Shown piece by piece: positions 43,710 to 54,569 of a stretch of 64,000 bases of DNA. The DNA is from Tubulanus polymorphus. Its lineage: Eukaryota; Animalia; Nemertea. Under the pieces are notes generated by a model, which had not been told where the DNA came from, made no database searches, and saw nothing but the letters and a program-made list of their open reading frames with translations. The stretch spans positions 8,455,950 to 8,519,949 of the forward strand of contig NC_134026.1 in NCBI RefSeq assembly GCF_964204645.1, in the 5' to 3' direction. The position numbers were made by a program, and so were the translations under genes. Each line of letters opens with the position of its first letter. The stretch's first letter is position 1.

Positions 43710-44005
43710 GACCTAGAGCGCAGAGCGGTCTAAGATCCCAGCTGTGGGCTTCGAAAACTGAGAACAAGGAACTGTTCTATATCGGTATAATTCCCACCAG
43801 AAACAGTGTAGCGTGATCAATCTGAAAATCATAGCATGGACGTATAAACTAGATCATAGCAAGTAAAATCAAAATGGTGTAAATTCAACCGATCACACAA
43901 CTATATCTGTACTTCGATTACCGATTTCAAAATCAAACCCCGTTTCATTCCTGCCAGGTGTGGTGGGTTTGTAAGGGACCCCAATCAATCCAAATCAAAT
44001 CAAAC
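43710..44005 (+). repeat. Possible tRNA-derived SINE remnant; its 3' part recurs inverted at about 60381-60420
   Basis: A-box-like gagcggtctaag at the 5' end, shared caaaatcaaaccc..caggtgtggtgggtttg block, and an (AAATC)n-like tail. Confidence 0.4.
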
Positions 44006-46709
44006 AAAATCTACCGATTAGGTAAATAACAGGGTCAATCCCTACATACAGATTCGAAAAAAAATCGAAGATACCATTCACAATTACCAATTCGTTATCT
44101 AATACAACCTACTCAAAATGATGACATTAGTCTTTTATCATTCTACATCCATCACGCATTGGCCATCGTTATCGAAACATTGTGGTCAAAACCGTTCTAA
44201 AAAACACTCGAAAATCCCGGACATAGCCGACCTAAACTACGAATCTCGTCGGAAATTACCAGATTTATTATTCATACGAAATATCATATCCTCGATCTCT
44301 CTCTAAAGAAGTCTTAAATATTTAAACTCCCGAGCTTTTAATATATATATTTTTCGAATCTCGCAGTATATGCCAGCGCCATATCGCTCCACAGAGAGAT
44401 TCGATCTTTTAGGGAATGATTTCGCCGGAGATCTTGAAATCAATGATGAACACTTATCAATCAGTCGAGCGCGCTTATGACTAAGAACGTTTTGAGGCCG
44501 CTTATCATCGATAGTATCTCGTACGTACAATATATCAGTATAACTATCTGATATCTTGAATATAGCTAATAATACCGGCGAAGGCCAACATTTCTCGTTA
44601 ACCTCCCATCGAAACCACTTAAGATCTGTCAAAGTAAAGAAATTCTGATTTACGACGACCAGCTCGACGATTGCTACTCATAAGTACATTTACGAAAACA
44701 GTTTTTATTCTTTCGATTTTCGAAATACTTCAAGTGGCGACATAATATACGCGCACGAGTCGACTCGAGAATTGTTGACTGCCGCGTATGAAGAACAGCA
44801 GGTAAAAAACACAATTGAACCGAATGTTCCGAACACGCACGAAAAATACATATTAATTCTTGAACAACTGCTGCTCTATTGTAGCACATGGTAATACATT
44901 ACTCCCCGGAAGCAAGCGGTTTTCCTCTGTATTACGGGGGCCCTCCCGACAACATACGCAGCTGTTTCTAAGTGGACTTAACAATCTCTCCAGTTATATA
45001 TAAAGATTTGATTCCCGTGAGATGTGAACTACTGACTACTCAGTGTTTGCCGAGGCTGTATTTACAAATGCACTGCTGCACTGGCTGGCTGGCTGCCTGC
45101 TGCCAGATTGTGTCATGTCGACGGAGAGTGATTTTCCTCAACCCGCTACAACAAGAAGAGGAGCTTCAGAGCAGGCGTTTACGATGCTTATATTCGCGCA
45201 CTGAAACAGCGGTTGTTGCAGCATTGTACTCGCGGATATGCTGAATTCAGCAGTCTTTATAGAATAACCGTTCCGCACAGCAACACAGGCCAAAGCTGGT
45301 CTCTGCATCGCGATCTTCGACGTCGCCCGCCATGCAGCTGAATCACGGCGATCTCGTTACCAGAAATGCATGCAAATTTCAACGAACAGAACGACGGAGC
45401 TCTGCGCAGCACGGCAAGAAATTCATTTCCTGTCGTACCCCCCTGGTGCAGTACAAAACCCCCGCGAGATAATGGAACGAATAGGATTATTCGCGTCGAA
45501 TACGTGTATATAGATTTGTAGTATAATATAATATTACCCCCGTACATAACGAGCAGAATCAGAATTGTCGAGCAGTTGGCGTCGAAGGGAAGATTTCGGA
45601 CACTCGTGTGCGCTTGCTCGGTGCAATCCGATGTAAAGCAAATAACCGAAACCCGATCTGCGCTGTAAACAGAAACAGGCCGCCGAGAGCTAAATCGGGA
45701 CATTTCGAAACTTTGCCAGCAATAAAAATCAACGCAACGGCTTGCGTGGCTTACATTTTTCATGTCATGTCGTAGCATTAGTCGTACCACACACCTCTTT
45801 CCCGATTCAGATTTCCGTCCATATAGGTCACTCGTCTATAGGCGGTTGATTTTCCGACTAACGAGATTATAGCCCTTTCAATGGAAATTATCAAAACACG
45901 GAATTAAGGATAATTGTTTGATTGAGAGAGTGCGGCGCATTTACTCCAGGGGGACCTAATTTTCGCAGACTGAAAATCGTATAATAGCGTTGTTGCCGAT
46001 GTCGTCGTATTTTGAGTCGTCTATCAATTGCATAACGAATTTGCAGGTGAAATAATAGCAGCAACGAACATAAAACGCCGACTCACAGATAGTGAATTCA
46101 AAAACTGAGTCAGCGAAAACAACGGCCGCGTCTAATGTTGATCGGTGATTAATACGATGAATCCGAACGAATGGAATCTAGACGAGAGGAACTATCGAAA
46201 AAAGATGATACGCTTAGAGAGAATGGTACAAATCGACAGAATCTATTACAGAGATTGACCCGCGTTTGAAATAAATACCGATAGGTGCAGTGCATTTGGG
46301 AATGAAATCATACAAATCGGCAGAATCAGAATTTACGATGCTACTGAACCTGGATCCGTAGGAATCGAATAAGCACTGCCGTTTTAAAGATTACTTTTCT
46401 CGAGAACGAATACGTTTTTGTTCGCTTGCATCATCGCAAGCGACAACGGATATACACGAATCTAGCTGAACAGATACTGCTGAACAGAATCTGCGTGAAA
46501 ACCAATTTATTTATTCTTAGCTCCTAGAGAGAGAGAGAGAGAGGAGAGAGTGGTGGCGGACGGGAGAGGAGAGACAGGCTGAATGACTCACTCATTGATT
46601 CAGTCAGATACAAAGACAAGGTGACAAATGGGCATGTGACCCAATTACTTGGCGAGAGAAATGATTTATCCCGAAGAATGTTAACTGCCTGCTCTCCTTA
46701 CGTACCCCC

Positions 46710-46815
46710 CTAATCATATTCTCTACAACTGCCGCAGGCCGACCCCGAGTTCCTACTTCGAATCTACTATTAAGTCTATATGAAAGACTACTACGATTTC
46801 TACTAAATTCTACTA
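46710..46815 (-). promoter_or_regulatory. Intronic cluster of Musashi-type UAG elements
   Basis: 10 UAG in 46753-46815, including four UAGUAG doublets, and 12 UAG in 46710-46815, all on the sense strand of the gene. Confidence 0.65.
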
Positions 46816-46820
46816 GTTAC

Positions 46821-46873
46821 CTTGTAATTAATCTATGTATATGATATGTTTTTTTTTTTTTTGGTTTCTACTT
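46821..46873 (-). other. Candidate stop-containing (poison) cassette exon in Musashi intron 5
   Basis: Acceptor ttttctacaattttgTAG, exon begins AAG TAG (stop in frame with exon 5), donor AAG|GTAACT. It is followed immediately by a dense UAG cluster. Confidence 0.45.
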
Positions 46874-47084
46874 CTACAAAATTGTAGAAAATTCTGACCT
46901 ACGCATTTGCCGACGTGTCCTTTAGGCTTTTATAATCCGATTTTTAATATAATCCTCAATAATACGCATTGTAATCCGAGTTTTAAATAATCGTATGTAA
47001 TCCCGCGCGAGATAACGCTGAAAAAATAGAGAGTAGTTTGCGTTTTCTTTTTCTGTTATCGTTCTCGTCGTTTAGATACGTTAC

Positions 47085-47126
47085 CTTCGTTGTGTTTTTC
47101 TTCGGCACTGCCACTTTCGGGTCGAT
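47085..47126 (-). CDS. msi: Musashi coding exon 5 (IDPKVAVPKKNTTK)
   Basis: Acceptor ttttcag, donor AAG|GTAACG, 42 nt, phase 0-0. Aligns to IDPKVAFPRRAQPK. Confidence 0.96.
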
Positions 47127-48115
47127 CTGAAAAAGTCGAAAATGAAAAAGATTAGTAAGATACTTCTTTACGAGGAGGACACGAAGATGGTAAAGATGGT
47201 AGGGTCAACGGGGCTGGTCGCGTCGAAAAAATCATCGAAATAATCAACGACGAACAGCTGGCTTTTTCTTGAGACAGGACTCAGGTTTTGTTTTCATAGT
47301 CTTGCTCGAATTAAAAAGCCACCGATATAAAGCAAAACCAGACATTTTAAAGGAGGTCAAAAGTTCTTCAACTCGCCAGGTTATTTACAGACAGAAACCC
47401 CCTAATGCAGAACAGAAGCAGTCAGGCATGCATCCTCAAAAACATTCTTCAAAAGCTGCACAAAGGCAACACCAATGAATACAATGCCTTTATCAAAGTA
47501 GGCCAACATAAGATGAAGCAAAACAATTTACATTAACAGCTGTGATAGGTAGTTGTTCAATGCTGCCATTATTGAAGGCCCCTTGCATGAATGCTAGAGT
47601 ATAAGCAGTGTTGAGGTCCATGATGTGTTCCAAGTGGAAGCTGGGACATAAATGAGAGTCCCGAGTAACAGTATTCCGGATTATATACACCCGGAATGTT
47701 GTCAATCACGGCTTTTTGCGGTGTATGCGCGCGCGTTTTAATGCCATGTCATTTCCACCTCCGTGGGGAGACTTGAAACGATTCCCCCTCCATTCAAAAC
47801 ACAGGTAGATTCCAGTGTAAAGGATATTTACAAACCAAACACGATGGTGCTGTATAAATATAAATGATTCATAGCGCGGCATTTCTCTCTGCCCGGCTAC
47901 CGCACAAAACCTGGAATATTTTTCACTACGAACTTAAAGTATACGGTGCTATTACACAATGTGGCTATTCTACGGGTGGCGTTTATTAATAGTGCTCAAA
48001 ACATAACTGAAAACCTCTACTACAAGATGCACTCAGTTTCTTCGGAAAGACAGAGAAGAAAGAGAGAGAAAAGTTTAAAATGAAAGGAATAAATAAAAAA
48101 GCAAGTTTTTCGTAC

Positions 48116-48206
48116 CTTCTTGGCATCTAATATATGTGCATTATTTCCACAATTTAATACTTTATCTACACATGACGGGTCGCAAAAGGTTACAAAGCCA
48201 AAGCCC
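48116..48206 (-). CDS. msi: Musashi coding exon 4 (GFGFVTFCDPSCVDKVLNCGNNAHILDAKK; RRM1 RNP1)
   Basis: Acceptor tttcag, donor AAG|GTACGA, 91 nt. Contains the RNP1 RGFGFVTF, which is also visible in ORF 48020..48229. Confidence 0.97.
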
Positions 48207-48618
48207 CTGAAACATCCAAATACAATCAATTAAAATGCAATTCTACCACTACTATACTTCTTTTCCATCCAAGACATAGCCGTCGATAATGAAACAAATC
48301 GCACAGCTCCGAGACTGAATTTCTACTATGAGTGCAAAATAAAATCTACCGGCATTTGCCTATCTTACATGAATATACTGTATAATATATAGTTCGGTTC
48401 TAAAGGACCTAGCCGAGCCATAAAGAGACTTTAAATTTCATTATGAGGAAAGTTATAAACTAGACTAACGCCTCTAGCATATAAAGACTCAAAAAGTTAC
48501 ATTTTCTAGACACTACTTTTCAACTATATATGAATATCAACTAGTGAATAAGACATGTAAATGCTATAAAATTTATCTTGCTATGGAAAATAAAAAACGA
48601 CAATAAATTTTAGCTCAC

Positions 48619-48700
48619 CTAGATCGTTTAGTGATTGGGTCTTTCATGACCATGCATTCCTTCACTTCTCCGAACTTTTTGAAATACTCTCTGAGGCTCT
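48619..48700 (-). CDS. msi: Musashi coding exon 3 ([28 protein letters not shown])
   Basis: Acceptor ttgcag, donor AG|GTGAGC, 82 nt, phases 1 to 2 consistent with neighbours. Close to vertebrate MSI [26 protein letters not shown]. Confidence 0.97.
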
Positions 48701-48932
48701 CTGCAACGGAATCGTGCCCCATTAATTTACGTAATCCAATTTTTAGAGATTAGCTCAATTATATATCGCTGAGATTTCACTATATTTAGCTTTCAATTGC
48801 TTTTCGATTTTTCTTATCACGTTTCAAGAGTAATCGGCATTTCCAAATTTCTGACGTTAACCACTCTTGATACATTCAACGACCCTATTCTATAATCAAA
48901 CTCCGATTGATACGCGTACAACGTTAACTTAC

Positions 48933-48973
48933 CTGGAGTAGTTTGCCAGCTAAGTCCTCCTATAAACATTTTC
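48933..48973 (-). CDS. msi: Musashi coding exon 2 (KMFIGGLSWQTTP; RRM1 RNP2)
   Basis: Acceptor ttttcag, donor G|GTAAGT, 41 nt. The KMFIGGLSWQTT peptide is the Musashi RRM1 signature. Confidence 0.97.
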
Positions 48974-49160
48974 CTGAAAATAGAATTTCGACCGATAATG
49001 CCCGTGAAAGTGAACGCTAATCGCGTATCAAATCATCGACAGTATTCATCGATATGGTAGCACGATTTTTTGAAGTACACACACATATATCGCTTGAAAT
49101 CTCCCGCGCCGAAATCGAAACCTCAACAACAAAGCGACATATACGACGAAAAACACTTAC

Positions 49161-49219
49161 CCCGGATGCTCCTCCATACCAGGAGAGGAGCTTTGTTGGT
49201 TCTGAATGTCCATTTTCAT
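49161..49219 (-). CDS. msi: Musashi-family RNA-binding protein, coding exon 1 (MKMDIQNQQSSSPGMEEHP-G)
   Basis: ATG at 49219 (second in-frame ATG at 49213). 59 nt ending in phase 2 at donor GG|GTAAGT. Joins exon 2 to give HPGKMFIGG, matching the Musashi HDP(C/G)KMFIGG junction. Confidence 0.88.
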
Positions 49220-49223
49220 GCTT

Positions 49224-49320
49224 CTAAAATCCCTACTGCTACTATACTAACGCAAGAACTGGAGATGCCAAACACGTGGATACTACTAAGACGGTTCGTT
49301 ACCTACTATTTACTACTACG
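49224..49320 (-). promoter_or_regulatory. UAG / (G/A)U1-3AGU cluster in the presumed Musashi 5' leader
   Basis: 11 UAG in about 97 nt directly upstream of the ATG, with 6 matches to RU1-3AGU. Confidence 0.6.
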
Positions 49321-49359
49321 TGGGAGGTTACATACTCTCTCCTAGCCGAACGCCGTCGA

Positions 49360-49445
49360 CAGCTGATTGACAGCCAATCTAGCCAATGCTCGCGGGCGCT
49401 GGGGCGTTGCTTGGCTACTGATTTGATATTATCATTGACGTCACA
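49360..49445 (-). promoter_or_regulatory. Putative proximal promoter of Musashi
   Basis: Tandem AGCCAAT boxes (CCAAT at 49374-49378 and 49383-49387), a GGGGCG GC-box-like site near 49401 and a perfect CRE palindrome TGACGTCA at 49436-49443, 150-220 nt upstream of the ATG. Confidence 0.55.
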
Positions 49446-50546
49446 CATTTGCTCCACCTGACGGTAAAAACGAAAACAACCCACCCATAAACAAGTACGC
49501 TGAAGGCGTGAAAACAGACAGCGGCCACGAGTTTTTTGGAGAGCGCGTTACGGGTAAAATATTTTTCGTATTCATTCAACGGAGAACGCTTTGACATTTA
49601 AAGGTTTTCCAGTAAAAATGCTTCCCCGAGTTGATATCGTCTGGGACTTAAAAGTATCCTTAACGCTCGCATATAACGCAATAATCCACAAAGATTATCC
49701 TTTGATACCATTACAGAAGAAAAATCGTTGTTAAGAAAAATAATAAGTATATTCAGGTGTATTTGAAGAAAATGTTGCAGCTGCGTTTACCGCCTGGGGT
49801 ACAAAAAAACTCACGTAAAACGCCTTTTTACGCTGTTTTTTGTACTAGCTAACACTAGACTTGCAAAGTTTCCACAACTTGAATAAGTTGTCGGGTAAGC
49901 TCGATGATTTGGACGAAAATATGTTCGATGAATCGTTTTTATGAGTCGGCGTTTTTATGAGTCAGAAGTTGGCAGAAGACGGACGGAGACCTTTTAGCGC
50001 GTTTCTGACAAAAGACAAACTGTTTGTGTCTAGGCAAATTTCGAATAAATGCTGTCTAAAAGTTTAATGGCCAGGACGAAAGTGAAACGCGTGCTGTGTG
50101 CCATACAGGCATAGAGACAACACATTCGTGTCAAGACAATAATCACAATAAACATTGAGAGATTCTTTTCAGCTTTTCCCATGGAATATACGGTTCAACT
50201 TTTTCAGAGGTCACTAAAGCCCGTAACGGCACTTGCGTGTGCTTATGTGTTGAATTTCAACTATTCGACATTTGAAACGCGTAAATACGTGTTTTAAAGG
50301 CAATAAAGGTTACAGGTTATGAAATGTAACGGTTTGCGCGAGGTTTTTAGAATATTTCCTGATTGTTCCAATGAAGGAAGGCCTCCTAATATCGGATATA
50401 TTCGGTCCCTAGCTAGAGTAAATTGGAATACTTTAGGCCTCGGGTCTGGGTGACTTTTTGACGGCCATCGCGCGCTAAAGGCAGAAAGCGCCGTCTATCG
50501 GTGGATACTGGAAATTACTATACGTGAGACTGAAATTGAAGCTGGG

Positions 50547-50660
50547 CTAACCCTAACCCTAATCCTATTCCTCTCGACCCTCTAAACCCTAACACTCTGA
50601 CGTCTCTAACCCTAACCTCTCATCCGCTAGGCCTAACCATGTCCTCTAGATCCTTAACCC
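50547..50660. repeat. Degenerate (CCCTAA)n telomere-like tract
   Basis: ctaaccctaaccctaatcc...aaaccctaac...ctaaccctaacc. Confidence 0.7.
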
Positions 50661-51374
50661 AGGTTGAAAAGCCGCCATCTTGTTTTTTCTCCCGAAAACA
50701 TGGAATGGGTATTACTAGAGAAAGATCGTTCTCAGTTTGAGAGTATGAGCGGTCGTTGTTAATTAATGCTGAGATGGAATGGTTGAGTTTCCATGTGAAA
50801 TCAATTTATTGGGTTTACTCTCTATCTCTCTGGCCAATAATCCAATCTCACTACTCGGTATATTCAGGGTCACTCACAGTTGCACTATTGAACTACATTC
50901 TGCAATCATTCAACGTTTCATTAGCGTTCTATGTAAATGTAAAATACAATCTAATACAATTCAATCTATAATGTAAAACGAATGCAGTAATTTATTCATC
51001 ATTTAAACGGTCTCATGAAATGGCATTTCATTCGGCTTCGATAACGAGTATACGACATGTTTTGGAAGCTCCAACTTAAAAGCATCATGTGGGGAGATAG
51101 ACCAGAGGACTCGGAAAATCTTGCATGGACAACAATCTGTAGCCTCTGTAGCAAATCGAACATTCCAGTCACCATGTTTTTGAGACCAAGTTTATTCCAC
51201 AAATGTGTAGAAAATGTACCGATGGCTCAGCTATATTTCGAGGATACACTGGTTCTTCATAGGTTAGATTCGTCCTTCGTTGGGTCAGCTCTTCCCCGAA
51301 TACAAACACAAATAGCCAAGCTCCATGTCCTCGAAATGTAAGAAGACAGAACAGCTCATAAATAAGGATGATAC

Positions 51375-51788
51375 CGCGAGAAATCCCACAATAATTAAGC
51401 CAAAAATGCAAAGTTCTTGAATAGAAAAAATGTATATATATATATTTGAGCGACGTTTCGGCTAAAAACTATTAGCCATCATCAGGCATAATGATTCAGA
51501 ATCGATTGACAAGATATGAATGTAACAAAATGAACTAACTGAGTGGTTAAAAGTTGAATACAGATTAAATTAATTAAAAACAAAGACCAGAAAAACAATA
51601 GTAAAGTACAGAGTAAGTAATTGACAAACTAGGGGTAATATTACAAGATGAAGTAATTTAAACACAAAGCCCTAAGCTTAAGTGATTAAAACGGAGGCAA
51701 ACTAAGGGGTAATCAAACAAAAAAAGGGCAGATATTTCTATTCAAGAACTTTGCATTTTCTGGCTTAATTATTGTGGGATTTCTCGCG
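51375..51788 (-). mobile_element. Penelope-like element remnant bounded by an inverted duplication
   Basis: 53/54-nt near-perfect inverted repeat (51375-51427 vs 51735-51788, one indel) enclosing the hammerhead motif. An inverted terminal duplication plus a hammerhead is typical of PLE insertions. Confidence 0.65.
51447..51498 (-). ncRNA. Minimal type I hammerhead ribozyme motif (Penelope-like element type)
   Basis: Minus strand reads gc-CTGATGA-T-GGCTAA(TAGTTT)TTAGCC-GAAA-C-GTC-gc: intact core, perfect 6-bp stem II, palindromic ACGT helix III and a GUC cleavage triplet. Stem I is weak. Confidence 0.75.
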
Positions 51789-52581
51789 TTTATTCATCAT
51801 ACACGGATATTGTAAGGATGTTACCATTTGCTTAATATAAAAAAATAATTAAGACATCATATGTTTTAGGGCTCCCAAAACGATGTTACCCTTTTTTTTA
51901 TTTTAGACAAAAATGGCGACACCCTTCTTTTCAAGTTGTTCACTCTATGCGGAGTTCACAAGGCAAAAAAGTTCCGAAGAACTCCTCGCTTGCGTTAATA
52001 ATACGTTCTTTTGGTGCAAAGCACCGTAATTGCCGGCGTGTTCCAGAAGACCAAAACATCTCATCCGCGCGATACACTTTCATGCTTGATATAGCAACCC
52101 GTTCCCGACCCATTCAGCTTGGCTGATCATTTTGAAACTAATAAATTCGCGAGCGCCCTGATAGCTACCCGAATCCGAAACGCGAAACGGAAGCTCCGCC
52201 TGTCCCCGACGCGCGGCCTAGGCGTACATACGTATTATTGCACCTTGATCAATTTTTCTCGCTTCACAGTCAAAGGTGTTTGAAATAAAAGAGCCTCGAT
52301 CGCGCTCTTGTCGAAGGATGAGAAACATTCCGAACAGCATGCGCGGGCGCTAATTAATACACTAATTAGCCGACTTGAAGCAGAAAACACACACACACAC
52401 ACAAAGACAACCGTTCCCTATCGCGCTGGAATCTGCGAGCATGGTTCGTGAACGCGCATAAAAATTGCGTCAACAAAACAACGGCGAAGAATATGAGAGC
52501 GGATGGGGCGTTTAAAACTTTTCCTTTCGCATCGACGCATCGATACGCTGAAAAACTTCTTTACGTCGAAATTGCTCTTTT

Positions 52582-52813
<232 letters not shown>

Positions 52814-54569
52814 TTGAGCACTTTGATAGACAACACTTCCGGAATTGCGTTTCTGTACTCTCGCGGCACGAGTGATTAAGACATACTCGGAGCAAAGGTC
52901 AAAGCGATAAAACCGAGATAGACGCAATGAAATTCATCTCTTGATTATCAGCTTGAAATGTCAGGCCGGATAGAAGATAAGATGCCGACATCGATGCATA
53001 TTCCAATTCAATTCAATTTAAAAACTTTATTGAACCTTATACGTTACATTACGCGCATCGGGTCGTGAGCAATGAAGTGAGGAAAAAAGGATACAAATGT
53101 GAAGTATTGTCGAGGGATTGCGGCAGCAAAATAGTGCGTACTCCAAAATACGGACAAAGAAAGCATTGAGAAATTTATTATTATAAGTTAATAAATTTAT
53201 TATTAGAAATTTATTATTCATAAGTTTTTCATCAAAGTCTTTTTTGCCTTATATTTTTTTCGATACTTTTAGACGTTCAACCCAACACATACGAGAGTCA
53301 TTATAATGACTTCTTATGGCAGCACCCTGATAAAGAACAATTTAAGAGATGTGCATTAAGTACCTTTTTCACACAGGACATTAGATATCAAAATTAAGAG
53401 GCTGTCTGTATATAGGCCAATGGCCAATGTAAACAATGATATGATATGATATGATATGATACAATTACAACAATAAGAAATGAAAAAGAATAAGATAAAA
53501 TGAATAAACTTCATCTTAAATTTCTGAAATTGGTAATGAAAATTACAAAAATCATTTTTCTGAAAATTTCAATGCTCATAAGGTGAAGCGGAAGGAAGTG
53601 AGAGATTTGCGCGGATCAAAATGTTCAGATATATACTTGGACACACAATTCAATTCAATTATTTAGAAGTTTTACAATAAAGTTTTGCAATAAAACATAC
53701 AAGTATAAAAAGCAATAAAAGAAAAGAAAGACATTGAATATCACAGAATAGAATTAACAAGAACAACGTCGTATAGATTCTAGATCATTCCAAAACTTCC
53801 TCAGCGCGAAGCGCGTATAGAGTCGCGGGCTCGGCAGACGATCTCGTCTCTGCATCGAATATGAATCACTGACTCGACTCGACCGCAATCGCGTGAAACA
53901 AAAATATTTTTATAAACGGAAAACAGAGAAATTGATAAACGATGAAACTGATTTATTTTGCAATGTTTGTCATCAATGCCGGCGAAGATTCGCACAAAAT
54001 GAATCTATCGATTAATTGGCAGTAGCAAATTGGTGCCGCCGTTCTTCGCTGTCACATAGTTTCGCGTTGTGCACTCGAATTTTCTTCGAAACGCTAACCT
54101 CGCGCCGGATCGATAGTTTGAAGATAACGCGGATTATCCTTCCAGTTTGACGTGCATGGAAAGGACAGAGGTGAAGAATGCGGCGTTGGTTATAAGTCTT
54201 TCAATCTCCGCGCGAAGGAACGAAAATCATAACCGCGAGTTTCAGTTTGTTGAAGGTCTCGTCTGGTTTGATAGCTCTCTCTCTCTTTATATATATGATC
54301 ACTAAGTCAAATAGACAACGAATGATGACGTTTTATAGAGGGGAGATTGAGAAAAGGAAACAAAAACGTCACTGGTGTATGATTTTTCGGCTGATATTGA
54401 AAATTGCAATTACCGAGGCTATATCCTCGTATATCCAGATCATGATACATAATACACGGGAGAATTATATTCGCTATTTAGCGTTCTAAAAATAAATGTA
54501 CCTCAGGCGCGGATTCAGACGGTATAGCGCCGAGGGACGTGCTACTGTCGCGAACATTTCGTGCCCTTT

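Noticed and set aside
50699-51341. Head-to-head plus-strand protein-coding gene
   Set aside because: There is no convincing splice donor after the ATG, and ORF 51057..51341 has no recognisable homology and abuts a TE remnant.
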